Of a DNA stretch of 64,000 nucleotides, positions 1-12,687 are shown piece after piece (the first letter of the stretch is position 1; each line of letters begins with the position of its first letter). The stretch is from Phoronis australis (taxonomy: Eukaryota > Animalia > Phoronida), in assembly GCA_002633005.1 (NCBI GenBank), contig NMRA01000346.1, positions 425,449-489,448 of the forward strand, read 5' to 3'. The notes under the pieces were generated by a model. That model did not search any database and was not told where the DNA came from. It saw nothing but the letters and a program-made list of their open reading frames with translations. The position numbers and the translations under genes were made by a program.

Positions 1-123
1 TAAGAATTCCGTTCTATGAAAACATGCAATGAATACACAGCATATGTCGCAGATGAAGCAAACGGACGGTCCAAGGTAGTAGAAGTCAGTTATAAGGAAT
101 TTAAACGTTAAAATGAATCTTCG

Positions 124-396
124 TTGACCAAATTGTGTAGTTCAGAGCTTCAGTCACGCTGGAGCAACCTCCTGTTTGAGGGTATTGCTGAGTCTTCCAG
201 AGAGGATTGCGAACAAGTGCCTAAGTCAGTATTAAAAGATATCATTAACAATGACAATATATCATTTGAGAGAGTGCACAAGATGGGATGTGCGAAAAAG
301 TCTGGCAGGAATAACCGATCTATGTATCGAGTACAAATTAACTCAAATAGCAAAGCACCTGAGAATAGAATAAGACTCCAGCAACTGAGACACTGA
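124..396 (+). mobile_element. Degenerate non-LTR retrotransposon ORF1 fragment (RRM-like, L1/CR1/L2-type ORF1)
   Basis: Translation contains SRWSNLLFEGIAESSREDCE...ISFERVHKMG, matching the 'RRxNLxFxGIxE...IxxERxHR' pattern of LINE ORF1 proteins; truncated, no ATG start, no splice partners. Confidence 0.55.
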
Positions 397-875
397 GCTC
401 GTTGGATGCATCTCTATAACCTTTGAAAGCCCCCCTTCCCTGCCGGCCCTTCATTTGCTATAGCGTACATCATAACACAATGTTTCAGCGAAGCTTCCAC
501 TATCAGTGATAGGATTCTCAGTCACGTGGTGGACATGGGTTGTCATTCCACAAAAATGCTGTACCCAATCATATCATTTAACACTTGCACTTATTCTTAC
601 AGCTCACAGAATAAAAATAAAAACATAGCCTAAAAAGCTATTGCAATTTTAGTTTAATTGAGCAATGATAATAAATAAAGATAATTTGACTATCGTTTTC
701 AGCACCAGACAGTACTTATAGGGTGCTGCATCTTGAGTAGTTTAATGTCCATTATTCAGTGGAGGAAACAAGTACTCAAAGTGCGGGACACCTATAAGCA
801 ACTATTACCTCAATTTCACTATACAGCAAAATTCAATAAAATGCTCCAAGCAAGAATGTACATGTATTGTTGTAC

Positions 876-3800
876 TTAAAGTAAATCCCTGTATTCTCCC
901 ACGTTTACTTCCATAGGACACTCAGCACATGGGAAGTCTTTTGTTAAAAATGGTTCATACCTGTAATGCAACAACATAACCCAAATTAGCATGAAAATTA
1001 CCATCAGTGAAAACTTAGCACAAATAAGGCCAGTCATCCCACTATTTGACAACTGAAACTGTTGTAACAGTTATGCTGTATTTTTCATGCTCAACTTGAA
1101 GTCGAAATTAATTTTTTTTTTTTACATTTGCACAGCCAAAGTAAAATGTGACAACTTAAAACATTTTACTCGCAACATGGTAAATATTTTTTATAGATCT
1201 ACAAAAACAAAATATATTTGCAAGAAATGAGCTTAACAAACATTGAATTCTCAACACATTAAAACATTTTACTAACAAATCTACACATCACAGAGCATAG
1301 CCTAATGTTCATTTATTTAACGAAGACTTGTCCACGATCAAAGACTGATTCATGGTTCTTATGCATATCCTTACCAGAAGTTGACAGCCAGATTGCGCCC
1401 ATCCCTGCTAGGGTGAGAGACAACCTCATGCCACCAAAAGGATGGCATGAACAGGACGTCGCCAGCGGAGATGGTGCAGTTCAACGGCATTGCATCTTTA
1501 AAGGCAGGAAATCGCTGAAAAAGGATAATTGCAATTATGTTTGTAACAGAAACAGGATGGGAAACGAAGCAGTTGTGAAGACACACAGGTGACGTTAATG
1601 CTGACAATGGGACATAGAGATTGGTTTTTTAAACTTTTAAAAAAATTAAGATTTGAGAATTAAGTTCAAAGTACACTTCTACATTTATATCAAAAGCTGA
1701 GAGGCCAACTTCATAACTATAGAAGTTCACCATGATAAAACCAACAGCGCCAGAGTATGTTGCTTTATGTGCTGTAGCAACTGGTGACGTATGCTAGTAA
1801 ACACTAACCCTTGTTCGGTCATTGCTGAACTTCAATTTCTCAGCATTTTAAATGCTTCCATATACAGGAACCAGTGCACGTAAAGCTGTTATGTACAGCC
1901 AGTGCAGGTCCAAAGTAAAAGTTCCTGTTATAAAAATGATCCCAAGATGATCTTTTTGAAGAATACAAGTCACTGGGATTTGGAACAACTGCCAGATCCA
2001 TTTATCATACAGGGAGATTTTGATTCAGCAGCATTTTTCGCAAGGAACCTAGTGGTTTAATGACCAGTAAAAAGCATTTAAAAATTCCAAACTTGCCAAG
2101 TATCTGAACATTTTTCCAGTATTACTGTAAAATCTTTCCAATTTAGTGTACCATGGGCATTATTGTTCTACACCATAACCACCACCAGATGGCGTTTTGC
2201 AAAATTGTAGTCATTCTTAACAACATTAAGCCTTTGACACATGATAAAATGTTACTTCACTGGCAATTAGTTTTGTCCCAAATTTGTAATATGTACTAAT
2301 TTACAGGAACTATGCCTTTAGAATCGTGTGATTGTGTCAGATAAAACTGCAAGTCACTCAATACCTCAAAGTCAGGGTTTGTGATGTCAACGGGAGACAT
2401 GACCATACTCGTGCTGTCCTTGAGTGTTTTTCGACGGAATGTAAACTCTGTCTCGTTATAGCTCAACATGGCCTCAGGAATGTGACCTTCGTACAGCCGT
2501 GAATTGTTGAAAGGCTCAAATAAAATCACCTCTTTCTTCCCACTCAACTGAAACAGAGGATGTAGTCCTACAATGCCAATGAAACAGAAAGATATGAAAT
2601 CAAATAATGCTAAAATTATTATAAATTGATTTTCCAAGTTTGAAATCACTAATGGTGAAAATATGATAGGCATTTCCCTATCCTACCATTGGTCTTGATA
2701 TAAACAAAAATTTGACACTTCGACTTTTGAATTTGCCAATGAAGGGTGAAAGTAATCACCTCCATACCTTCCATGAGATTCAAGCAGATTAGAAGCTACA
2801 TAGCATTATCTTACATTTCACTACATCATTGCAACGTATACAATATCAAAATTCATTCTGGTTAACATCCAGTTGCACTTAACACACTTTAGTTTTTCCA
2901 CTCCTATGGGAAGCCACTTCCTCGTTTTGAGTGGGACTTTTCAGTTAACACACCAAAAGTTGTTAGATCAGAGTTTAGTGATTATAAGATGGTTAAACTT
3001 TAAATTAAACCAATGTTTTGTATTTCATACATCACAAAAGGTAAACAAATCATCAATGTAACAAGTCAACCATTACCATTAGAAGATCAAACAGCATTTG
3101 GCTTTGGGAATTTTTGGATTTGGAGCAAAGGTCATGATTCTTTTCACTGCATTCATGATGAACACAAATAATGAATTAATTTGAAATTTGGCCATCTTAA
3201 TTCTCCAAACACGGGTTCAGCAACTTAAATCCAAATAGATAAGGTATTGAAAATTTGTAAGAAATTGTAAGCAATTAAATTTCTAACCACCTGACACAAC
3301 AGGTTGTCAAAGGGGTCAAAGTGCAGCTTTCCAACTGTGTTCCCACTGCTCAGCCAAATGTTCAAGTGTCTGCGCTTCAGTAGCGTTTTAACAAAGTTGA
3401 ACTCTCCGATGTCCTTCTCTAATTCTGGCAGGTAATTTGGTATAGATGAATATTCCAAATACGCTGAAATGTTTTTGTCTAAATAACTCCTGTTCTGGAT
3501 CATATCTATAAAGTTAGCGAACTGCACATTCAGGTGTGCAGGCCTCACAACGACAAGGTCAGGATACTGCAACTGACTTCTTATGTGATGTGGAATTTTA
3601 AATGTTGCGTAATCTTCCCAAACGCTTGCATTTTCAACACCTTCAAAGTTTCCTCCAGGTGCAAGCTTGATATGAATGTTTCTCTCACCGTACTTCTGCT
3701 TAAAAAAATCATTTGTCCACTTATGAATGGCAGTCCAATGGGCAGCACCATTTTCAATAACAACCGGTCGTGATAATTTAACATAGCGGTGGAAAAAATC

Positions 3801-4628
3801 ATTTCTTGTCGGCACAGGAATTCTGTCACACTTCGGAATTTCTCTATCCAATTCCATGTACTTATTTTTTTGTTCTTCTGTTGCACAAGATTCATGTTGA
3901 CTGCATGCACCAGTTTGCGCCGACACGACATTGACAGAATTTGGATCACATGATCTGTTTAATGGGTTGCATTTAGATTTGTATACATCAGCTATTGTTA
4001 TATTTGTGGTAGAATTAAGACGGAATAAGTTATCCATAATGTACTGTTCATGAAGTCCTTGAGGTAGCTTCATGCCAAATGGAGATCTGAACACCTGACA
4101 ATGATGGTTTACAAAGTCTGTGATTGTAGATGGAGAAATTGGCCCCTTATAAATTTCACAGGTGGGTTTTGGAGATGTTGGAATTATAGACAGGCACGTC
4201 CTATCCCGCTTCTTCTTAGGAAAAACCACAACAAATCTTGAAGTAGTGTAATCATCTCCAAACTCCGACCTTTGATTGTCCGACGACTGATCTGAATCTG
4301 AAAATTCCATTCTACAGAATTCCCTGAAATCAGCTCTTGACAAAAATCCAAACACAACACTGCTCTCTTGTCGAAACGCATAGCAAGTTTGTCCAAATGC
4401 ATTCTGCACATGATCACTAACTCTCTTGTTATCGGGCAAATTTAGTTCGCCCGTGTGTTGATTTGAGTTGGCAAGACCAACTCCAAGAACAAAACAGCTG
4501 TCATGACTTTCTCTGGAGACACGTGAGTGGTCAACACGTTGGAATTGATAACATTCGGACATGTCGGAAGAGCCTGCGACTGCGAAAAGCGAAACAAGTG
4601 CGTATCCGAAACCAAATGTTGCCATCAT
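876..4628 (-). CDS. Signal-peptide-bearing JmjC (cupin-like) 2-oxoglutarate/Fe(II) oxygenase, JMJD7/JMJD8/TYW5-like, 581 aa, 4 exons
   Basis: Exons 4628-3291, 2547-2365, 1514-1375, 960-876 joined by GT-AG introns of phase 0,0,2; 1746 nt open to TAA. JmjC motifs RPVVIENGAAHW.AI.KW, NIWLSSGNTVGKLHFDPFDNLLCQLSGKKEVILF, GDVLFMPSFWWHEV, NLAVNFWY. Hydrophobic N-terminus MMATFGFGYALVSLFAVAGS. Confidence 0.9.
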
Positions 4629-7600
4629 ACAACGGAATAACAGCGCTTAAACACCTGGCAAAGACTGCGCGAAGGAGGATTGAGAAAAACATACAACTTG
4701 TGAACCTACGAAACAACGAGAACACATCCAAGTGGACGTCTTGATTCAGACGCGGGAGCAATTGATTGGTTAAGATTATCTCAAAAGCAAAATACTTCGA
4801 TTCCAGCGCCCTCATACACGTATGACCTGAACCAATGAAGACTGAAAACCATGGACATCATGTCTGTGCTGAGGACATATTTTACCCTAATCAACGGCAC
4901 GTAACCTAACACTTAAGAAAAAAGTCTATAAAAAGCTGACAAACAACTGGAAAAAATAAACTCACACGTGAAAGCATAATACTCGTGGAGGCCCACAATG
5001 TTTTCAAGTTCTCAACATCCGACCAGGCGCCAGTGGAATTTGGTAGGATTCAGTTTGAAATAGATAACTGAGTTTTGGAATCAGAATCAGAAATCCGACT
5101 GAAAAATATGAAAAACAAGTCTGCAAGTAGATTTACATGCATCAAGACCCGGAACGCCCAGAAAGTTCTGCCATACTCTCTGGAAGTGAAAAAATCAAGA
5201 AAATCTTTAACATATTGAGCACATTGAATTTCCTATGCGGAAAACGTCCACATGAATTTGACAGGAACTGCTACTTGCCAGGAGGATATTTTAACCGAAA
5301 ATTCCAACAGAATCCTACTACTAGATATATTGCCCGGTTGACGCCTTATGTTTGGCACTGGAATAATTAGATATCGAGCAAAACAGCCAATGAACTGAAA
5401 ACAATTTCAATAACCAATTCAAGAAGGAAAAGGTAAGCGATAGGTGAGTCTAAGATATCATGAAAATAATTGGGAGACACGTCGCTTAGACCAACCCGTA
5501 GCCGCAGAAAGAAATGACAGTCGAAATTATGAGCGTGAAAGATGTCGCCGAATAAAAAAATTGATATAAGTACAATTAAAATTAAGATTCCTGTCAGCAA
5601 ACGATTGTAAAGGATTACCTGCAAGTACATGACGGCATCTTGTCCATCAATGTCTAAGAATAGCTAGTGAAACTCCAGTTGGAATTTATGAATCATGGTT
5701 CAAATAATTCTCAAGGGCATCAGTTTGCAATAAAACAAGTACATTTTATTTACGAAAGAGCCCCCGGACACTTTTTGCTACTGGACGATTCCGAAAATGC
5801 TGCTAGGACTCTCTTGGAAATCCTTCATATTCTCAGCTCTCAACCGGCTTTGCTTCAGTGTTTAGTGTGTCTTTATCGTGAACTTGGTATTGCTCGCTAT
5901 CATTAAACGCCAGAATAACAAAACCTCACCGCAAAATCATCATTTTTCAAAGCAAATAATCTGCTACTTAAAAAAATTACATGCAACAAGTTAAGCAATG
6001 CCGTAAAACAACGAGTGGCTTTCTGACAAACACATATCTCAAGAATACTTGCACTGTACGTGTACGTTGGAACTCATCATTGTAAAATTAAGAAGAAAAA
6101 GTACCGAGATTCAAAAGAGAGCGAAAACAAGCTGCCAGTACATACCATATATTTGATATATTATTAAAATATTTGAAATTAAATGTTATGCCTGAATCTT
6201 TTGTTGTAAAAATCCCGTAAAATTTCTCCAACAGGAATTCCAATGGACAGTTGTATATTTTTTACAATCGAATCCTATCTATAGTATGTTTACAGGATTT
6301 ATTTTTGGTAGGATCCCATATAGGATATCTACATTCCCATGGGAATAATCCTATCGTAAAATTTATTGAAGGTTGAAATTTTAAACTTCCATCACAAAGG
6401 CCGGTGCAGAGTACATGTGTCTGTAAAGACGCGCAGAAGTTTAAATCTTACAAAAAAACACATATGGTTTCTGATTTGGTACCATGACCATATAACTAAC
6501 CAACTGCCTACGTTGGCACATTATTTCAACAACGATCATCACTGGTCATTTCTGAAAAAAAAAAATATTCCGAGGTACTTAACCTCGTTCAAAATTCCTT
6601 AATAACAGGTTCGTTATGCAGATTGAGAGATGTATTAGCCTGCACAAGTAATTAAGATCTAATACAAATGGTTGCACTTTATTGAATAGGTTGTTCATAA
6701 CATCTCAACAACCACCGATAGAGGTTGAAAGCAACGTAGACGTCATTACACTAATAGGCCTACAAGAGATGGTTCACTCAGGTTAGACATACGGGAGCTA
6801 CTACAGCATGACAGTGTTTTTATATAGCGTAAAGAATTTTCGATTGAACTCCAGTAATGCTTCCAAGAAGTAAAGTGCTTGGTTCGTGGTGGCACAATAA
6901 AACATAAATGTCCAGGAAAGGCAGACCACTGCTGTGCAAACTGGCAGCCAGGATTAATTTAGCCTTACACCAGCAGCGCGATGCTTTTACACCGACCGGT
7001 TTACAGTTGCAGCGGTAGAGTGGACGGGAGGGGGCAAAAGTCATAATTCTTCCAACTCGTGGATGGAAGCCAAAACTAATTATTGATCGTTCTTCTTAGA
7101 ATGTTGTAATTTTCACACAAAGATTGCCTAACTTCGATCAACGTGATTTTTTCCATTCAAAAGTCAATTCTATTTACATGTACGTTGTGGGTTCAAACTT
7201 GTTTTGTTTATCTCATGTATGTTCTGTCCCATTTTTGACTTTAAACTTTCGCGTCCTAAATTGCGTTGACGGTAAAAAATAGATAGTTTCCTCAAGGGAC
7301 TGCATAACTTCCTGGATCTACCCTGTTCACTGCTGGCCGGTTTGTACCAACCTTTAATTGGTGCAGGTGTTATCAGTTATTCAAAAGTCTATCAACTTTA
7401 CTATATGCTGAAACTTTACACCTGCGTGGGATTACACGATCAAAACTCCAGAACTGAGAACCACATTTGACTGCGATCATTTGACTTTGTGTTTTATCGA
7501 ACGAGACTCTAGATCAGATCGTGATTTTGAAAATTTCTTGGTTTTAACAGGGACATATTGTACGCCGTGGTCCTTGGGGCGACCTCAGGTCAGTGCAGAC

Positions 7601-10600
7601 GATCGACGCGTACGTGGTCAGACGTCTGAAACGGCATCATGCAGAGAACAACTGGCCATAGCTCCGAATCACGAATGGATTACATGGTAATGAATTTGTG
7701 TCCACTATGGTTTAAGTCAGCCAACTAGAAGTCCAGTGACCGATCAGGCGGGCCGGGGGGCCACTGGATCCGCCCAAAAACTTTGCAACTTTGGCGCCCC
7801 CTCGCGGATTGACACCAATTTGTGCAGACGTCCTTAATTGTCCCATCCGTTGCATTCCCATCCTTAGTTCACAGTTTGTTGCCTTTTGTACCCCACAGAT
7901 GTGGTGCTTTAAGCAAGTTCCAGCTATCCCTAAACCCAAACCATTTCCAGGTGTTTTACGACAACAAAAGAACATTCGCATGTAGATGATTTCGTACAGG
8001 GCTTGCCCCCTGTTGTCATAAAGAAGTACGATTCTGTTTTTATAAAATACCAAATTTGTCTATTATTGAACATTTAATGGGAGATTTTAATTTTAAGGTA
8101 TTTTTAATATGTAACTTTTTAAAAAATAAGACAAAAAAAATTAATTTGATGAAAGCAAAATATGTTTATTGGAGCTTTGCAATAATCAGCCAATCAAAAA
8201 GAGGGTATTCTATTTAACCAGCAACACCCCACCCTTGGAATTTCGATAGGAAACCTCGCACGGAGTCTAAGGTAGTGCAAAGAATGTGAGTGATTTTTGA
8301 TTTGTCTTCTAGTTTACCAATGCCTCAGAACGGTAACTCGATATTTTCATTATTTCAAAACGGAACAATGATCTTAGGTTGCGAGTCTTGTGCCCAGCTT
8401 TCTGTTTCTTTCGAGTCACGGACTGGCCCAGACCCAAGGCCAAGCCTGTCAATGACAGTGGGGCAAAATTTCCGTCGCTGAGCAGGAACATATTACATAT
8501 GTGATTCTCAAACACAAGTAATAGTGATATGCCCGGTTTTGGTTATCTCGTTGAACAAAGTTAACTCCTGTCCGATGAATAATTCCAGTGACGATTTGGT
8601 GTATTGTTAGAAGTGCTTGCATGTAGGGACGTGACAAAAAAATTCAAATTCTTATTTAATATTTAAAAATGCATTGATTTAAAAAAACATCCAAAACAGA
8701 TTCAAACAAAAAAAAAATTAACAAATTCCGTTGAGCCGTTGACTTTTTATGAACGTTTGAAGAGCGATAATTAGCCCTTTATTTTAGTCCACTGAATACA
8801 TGTAAATGAATGGGTGTATATGTGACCCAAAATTAGTTTTTTCACAATAACTTCCTCAATACTTTTAATAACAACGTGAAAATTTCAGGATATGACATTT
8901 ACTTAGTGAGAGACATTTTTAAGACAACAAAAAATTCCAAATTCCAAAATGGCGGACAATATGGCCACCATTACGACTGCAAAAACGTCTTATTTTACGT
9001 TAACGAACTATATGGTGTGACATACCATTAACGAACTATATGGTGTAATATATCAAATGATAGGTCTTTTCATTGCTTTTTTGAANTGACAATCTTAATC
9101 CTTGTTTGTCTCCGTAAGCAGAGTTTTGAAACGGTCGCTGATATCTCCGGCCATTTTGAATGAGGCCCTAAAGTCGTGACCGTTTCGGTTAGACGGAAAT
9201 ACACGAAGTAAGACCACACAAGTCAACTACAGTGCGTACAGTTACTCTAGATGAAATAAAAATGCATTGCATTGTTTATTAATTCAGTTGCAATTGAAAT
9301 AAATTGTTATATGTTTTGCACCCAACTTTGATGTGCACAGACGTTTTCAATGAGGTTGTTCACATAAAACGCTAAGGACCCAGCATCAATTATCTCTCTG
9401 TATTTTATTGCTTTGGCCTTACAAAACTTTATTGACCCTGGGACATTTTGATACATTGTTCAAGCTACCCCTGGAGCTCGTGTTTGAGTAAATCTGAACA
9501 ATGAATATTTTCGAAAATATATCCCAAAAATGCTCAAAAAAGTGGATTAGTGAAATATGCTGTTTTTAAGATACATTTGAAAAAAGAAGCCACTCACTCA
9601 CTGTTTGTTATCATATTGTGAATATCAACACGTCCGGGTATTCGTTTGACGTTCGTAAGCAGACGAACGCTGGAAACTTCAACGCTAGATGTCACGGGAC
9701 CGCGCAGAAGAGGAAATAAGATCGTTCACGACTTTAGGGCACTCACGACTTTAGGACCTCTGACGGTACTACTTTGGCAATTACATCGCCCTGAAATTGA
9801 ATGCCACAGGCATACTGGGGCGATGGTACATCCCCATAAGAAGTTACTTGTTAAAAAATACAGCAAATAAAATCGAATGAAACATGCATGTATACTCATG
9901 TAGTTATAAGTAACACATACCATGACTCTGGATACAATTTAGTCTACATAACTTGAACATATCCATGAAAATCCGATCGCAGTTCCTTCGAGTTTCTCTC
10001 ACCGTCTACCATTTTGAGGAAGTTACATGAAATCACGCCTGTTGACGAACAAAAAGTCCAAGGGACACAAATCTAACAAATTTCACCTAGCATCTTCCTA
10101 TGCTATTTTGCAAGTGTCGCGCCGCATATCACTGTGATCACGCGCTTCACTCAATTTTGCGCTAGCCTTTGCCTAACTCACGCGACTCACTTGAAATATT
10201 TTGTGGTTATCTTGCGCAGGGACAGTGAAAAAGTTAACGGTGACCAAAAAAATGGAGTTGGAATTCTTCTCCAAAGTCACCTTAATTCTCATAGCTATGC
10301 TTCATCGAAGATAGAAGCAGAAGGTATCTATCGCCCGTTTGAAATACACAAGACGAAATCAGTACAGAAAGCGACGGGAAGCATTGTAGCCCCTAACCGG
10401 CCTAATAGTAAATGTACAGCTGTACACTGATGTGGGTTAAAAACTGACCAGATAAAATCTGACACAAAACTAGTCATTAAAAACTACACTCTTCCTTCAG
10501 TACTCTAAATTATTTACTGGTGTTGAAAAAATTGGCATTCTACGGTAATTCTGCTGCTAAATTTGTCTTTCGCATCGGCTTTTGCCGCCATTAAATTTTG

Positions 10601-10915
10601 CCTACCGGCCAGTTTCTTCCTTTACCGATTCCAACTGTTGTTCTTTCATAAGGTTGTGTACACATCAACAATTATCAGAACTGATTTCACTTTATTATAA
10701 GTTTTTAGAATTTTGATATCAGCAAACTGAATGGCGTGTACGCGTGTCACGAGCGTACTGTTTTCAAAATGGCGACATGCTTTTTCTTGTTACAAAACTC
10801 GGAGAATTACGCATGAAAATTACGCTTATTAGATTTGTTTTCATTTAAACGGCTGTAATTTCACTTGAGTGTCGGTTGACTCCTGCATTTTGCATGCACC
10901 TGTGCCACTCTTTAG

Positions 10916-11435
10916 CAAGGCTTGGAATTTTCCGCGGAAACGAGGATTTCCGCTTTTTTCAAATGTTCTGTCCGCGTATTTTATTATATTTCTGCGTAAA
11001 AAAAAATCGGATTTGATATAAAATTTCCGCGGCAAATTTCTTTCTTACCACGGCGTTGCCGACGACTTTCACCTTGAAAAGCGGAAGTTGCTCTTTATGT
11101 TTCGGAGGAACGTAAATTGTCAACATTGGCGTGGCATCTGGGATAGCGTGGTGGATTTCCTCAATGGAGGCTCGTGTGATCGTAAAGCTCAGTGACAAAT
11201 ACTACGACTCTGCAGCCACAAGTGTGTGAAGGTGGAAGTGGCGTACGAGCTAAAAAAGACGCAGACGCACGGTTCTGGAGGCGGTACCGTTTTTTTTTCT
11301 TTTTTTAAAATTTTTTTTAGTCCTCCCGATTGTTGTGGGCAAAAGGTCCACACCGACTATTTCAAGGCCGGCTGCGCGCATGGTTCGGGCCTTAAAAATT
11401 TCCGCGTTTTTTGTCATTGGTCATTCCAAGCCTTG
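10916..11435. mobile_element. Intact MITE (hAT-like), 520 bp
   Basis: 13-bp perfect TIR CAAGGCTTGGAAT (10916-10928) / ATTCCAAGCCTTG (11423-11435); 6-bp direct repeat CTTTAG at 10910-10915 and 11436-11441; reiterated subterminal TTCCGC(G) motifs; no coding capacity. Confidence 0.8.
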
Positions 11436-12570
11436 CTTTAGCTTTACATGTTGATACAAATTTCACGGCGAGGTGACAAGCAGAACTAACCAGGCTGTGT
11501 GCAATTTCGAGGTCTTTAGGAACTCAATACACAGTGGTACATAGCTGTATTTTGACAATAGTTTTCATACAACTAGGTGGCTGGCTAACTATTACTAAAC
11601 TATTGAAACCCTGATACTTTGGTACTACCGTACTTGCTAAGTAGCAGTCAAGCGCTATGTAAGAACACAGTTTGGCATTGGAAAGTCTTTCAACGGCTTC
11701 CTTGGCACTGGGCAATGTAGCCAGTGTTCCTTGATCAAGGGATCCACGCAATCCATGAATAAGGAACCCATTATTTACTGGAGGAAACTGGTTCTCTAAA
11801 TCATGGACCGCTATAAATTCAGTCAGTGACTGTTTCTTTTTTGCTTGGCGTCCTGGGTATTTTTGGTAATAATTCAGGAAGTGCCTTGTGGCCTAATTGT
11901 CCACGTCTTTAAATTTTAAGTTTTCTGATTAATCGCTATTTATTCACAGCACTTTTGTCAACTGTATTCGACTGTGTCTCAGATCATGCTGATGCAAGTG
12001 TTGCTGCCTTATTCATCAGCCTAGCATTACCGTACTAGGTTGGCAGTCCTCATGTATATTTATCATATCGACTTTTGAGTGAAATATATTGAAAACCAGA
12101 GAGCTCAGTAAGTTCAGACTTACCAGTCAGTTAACTTTGTCCTCTACTCTTGCAGCTGAGTTGGATTCAATCCTGTTACCAGTGTAATTTAACTTGCAGC
12201 ATGTTAAAAATCGTCTGTTGACAGTCACATTTTAAGGCCAAAGACCTGATCTTTTTTAGTCAGGTGACCCATAATTTTCATTTACACTTAAACAAAAATG
12301 AAATGGAGATAATTGCAGTTTTGGCAACTGCATTTATATCAAATTCACAGATAACTATAATATTACCATACACATTGTTTAAGTATACTTTTTATCAATC
12401 AAAAGATAAATCAATTGAGCAATCCCATTACAGGGTCACTGCCTATATGCTTTCACTGTCCACAAATGATGTATTGCCAAAAATCTTGCCGTATTTCCTC
12501 TAAGTTAACTGTTTTCTTATTTTTTTATTACTGCAAGAGTTTACATGAAATGTGTTCTCCTGTGGGCTTG

Positions 12571-12687
12571 ATTGGCGGTAGTCGAATATAACGTGCCCAT
12601 ATTTTGAGAATCAGTTTCCTCCACTGGATAACGGGCATCAAACTGGTTCTTAAATTGTGGGTACATTATATCCGGCTATTGCCTAAT
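12571..12687. repeat. Imperfect inverted repeat / foldback (MITE-like hairpin)
   Basis: Arm 12571-12617 is the approximate reverse complement of 12640-12687, 22-nt loop. Confidence 0.7.

Noticed and set aside
10100-10860. PACSIN promoter and first non-coding exon
   Set aside because: CpG-richer with a YY1-like motif, but exon boundaries cannot be fixed without transcript data.
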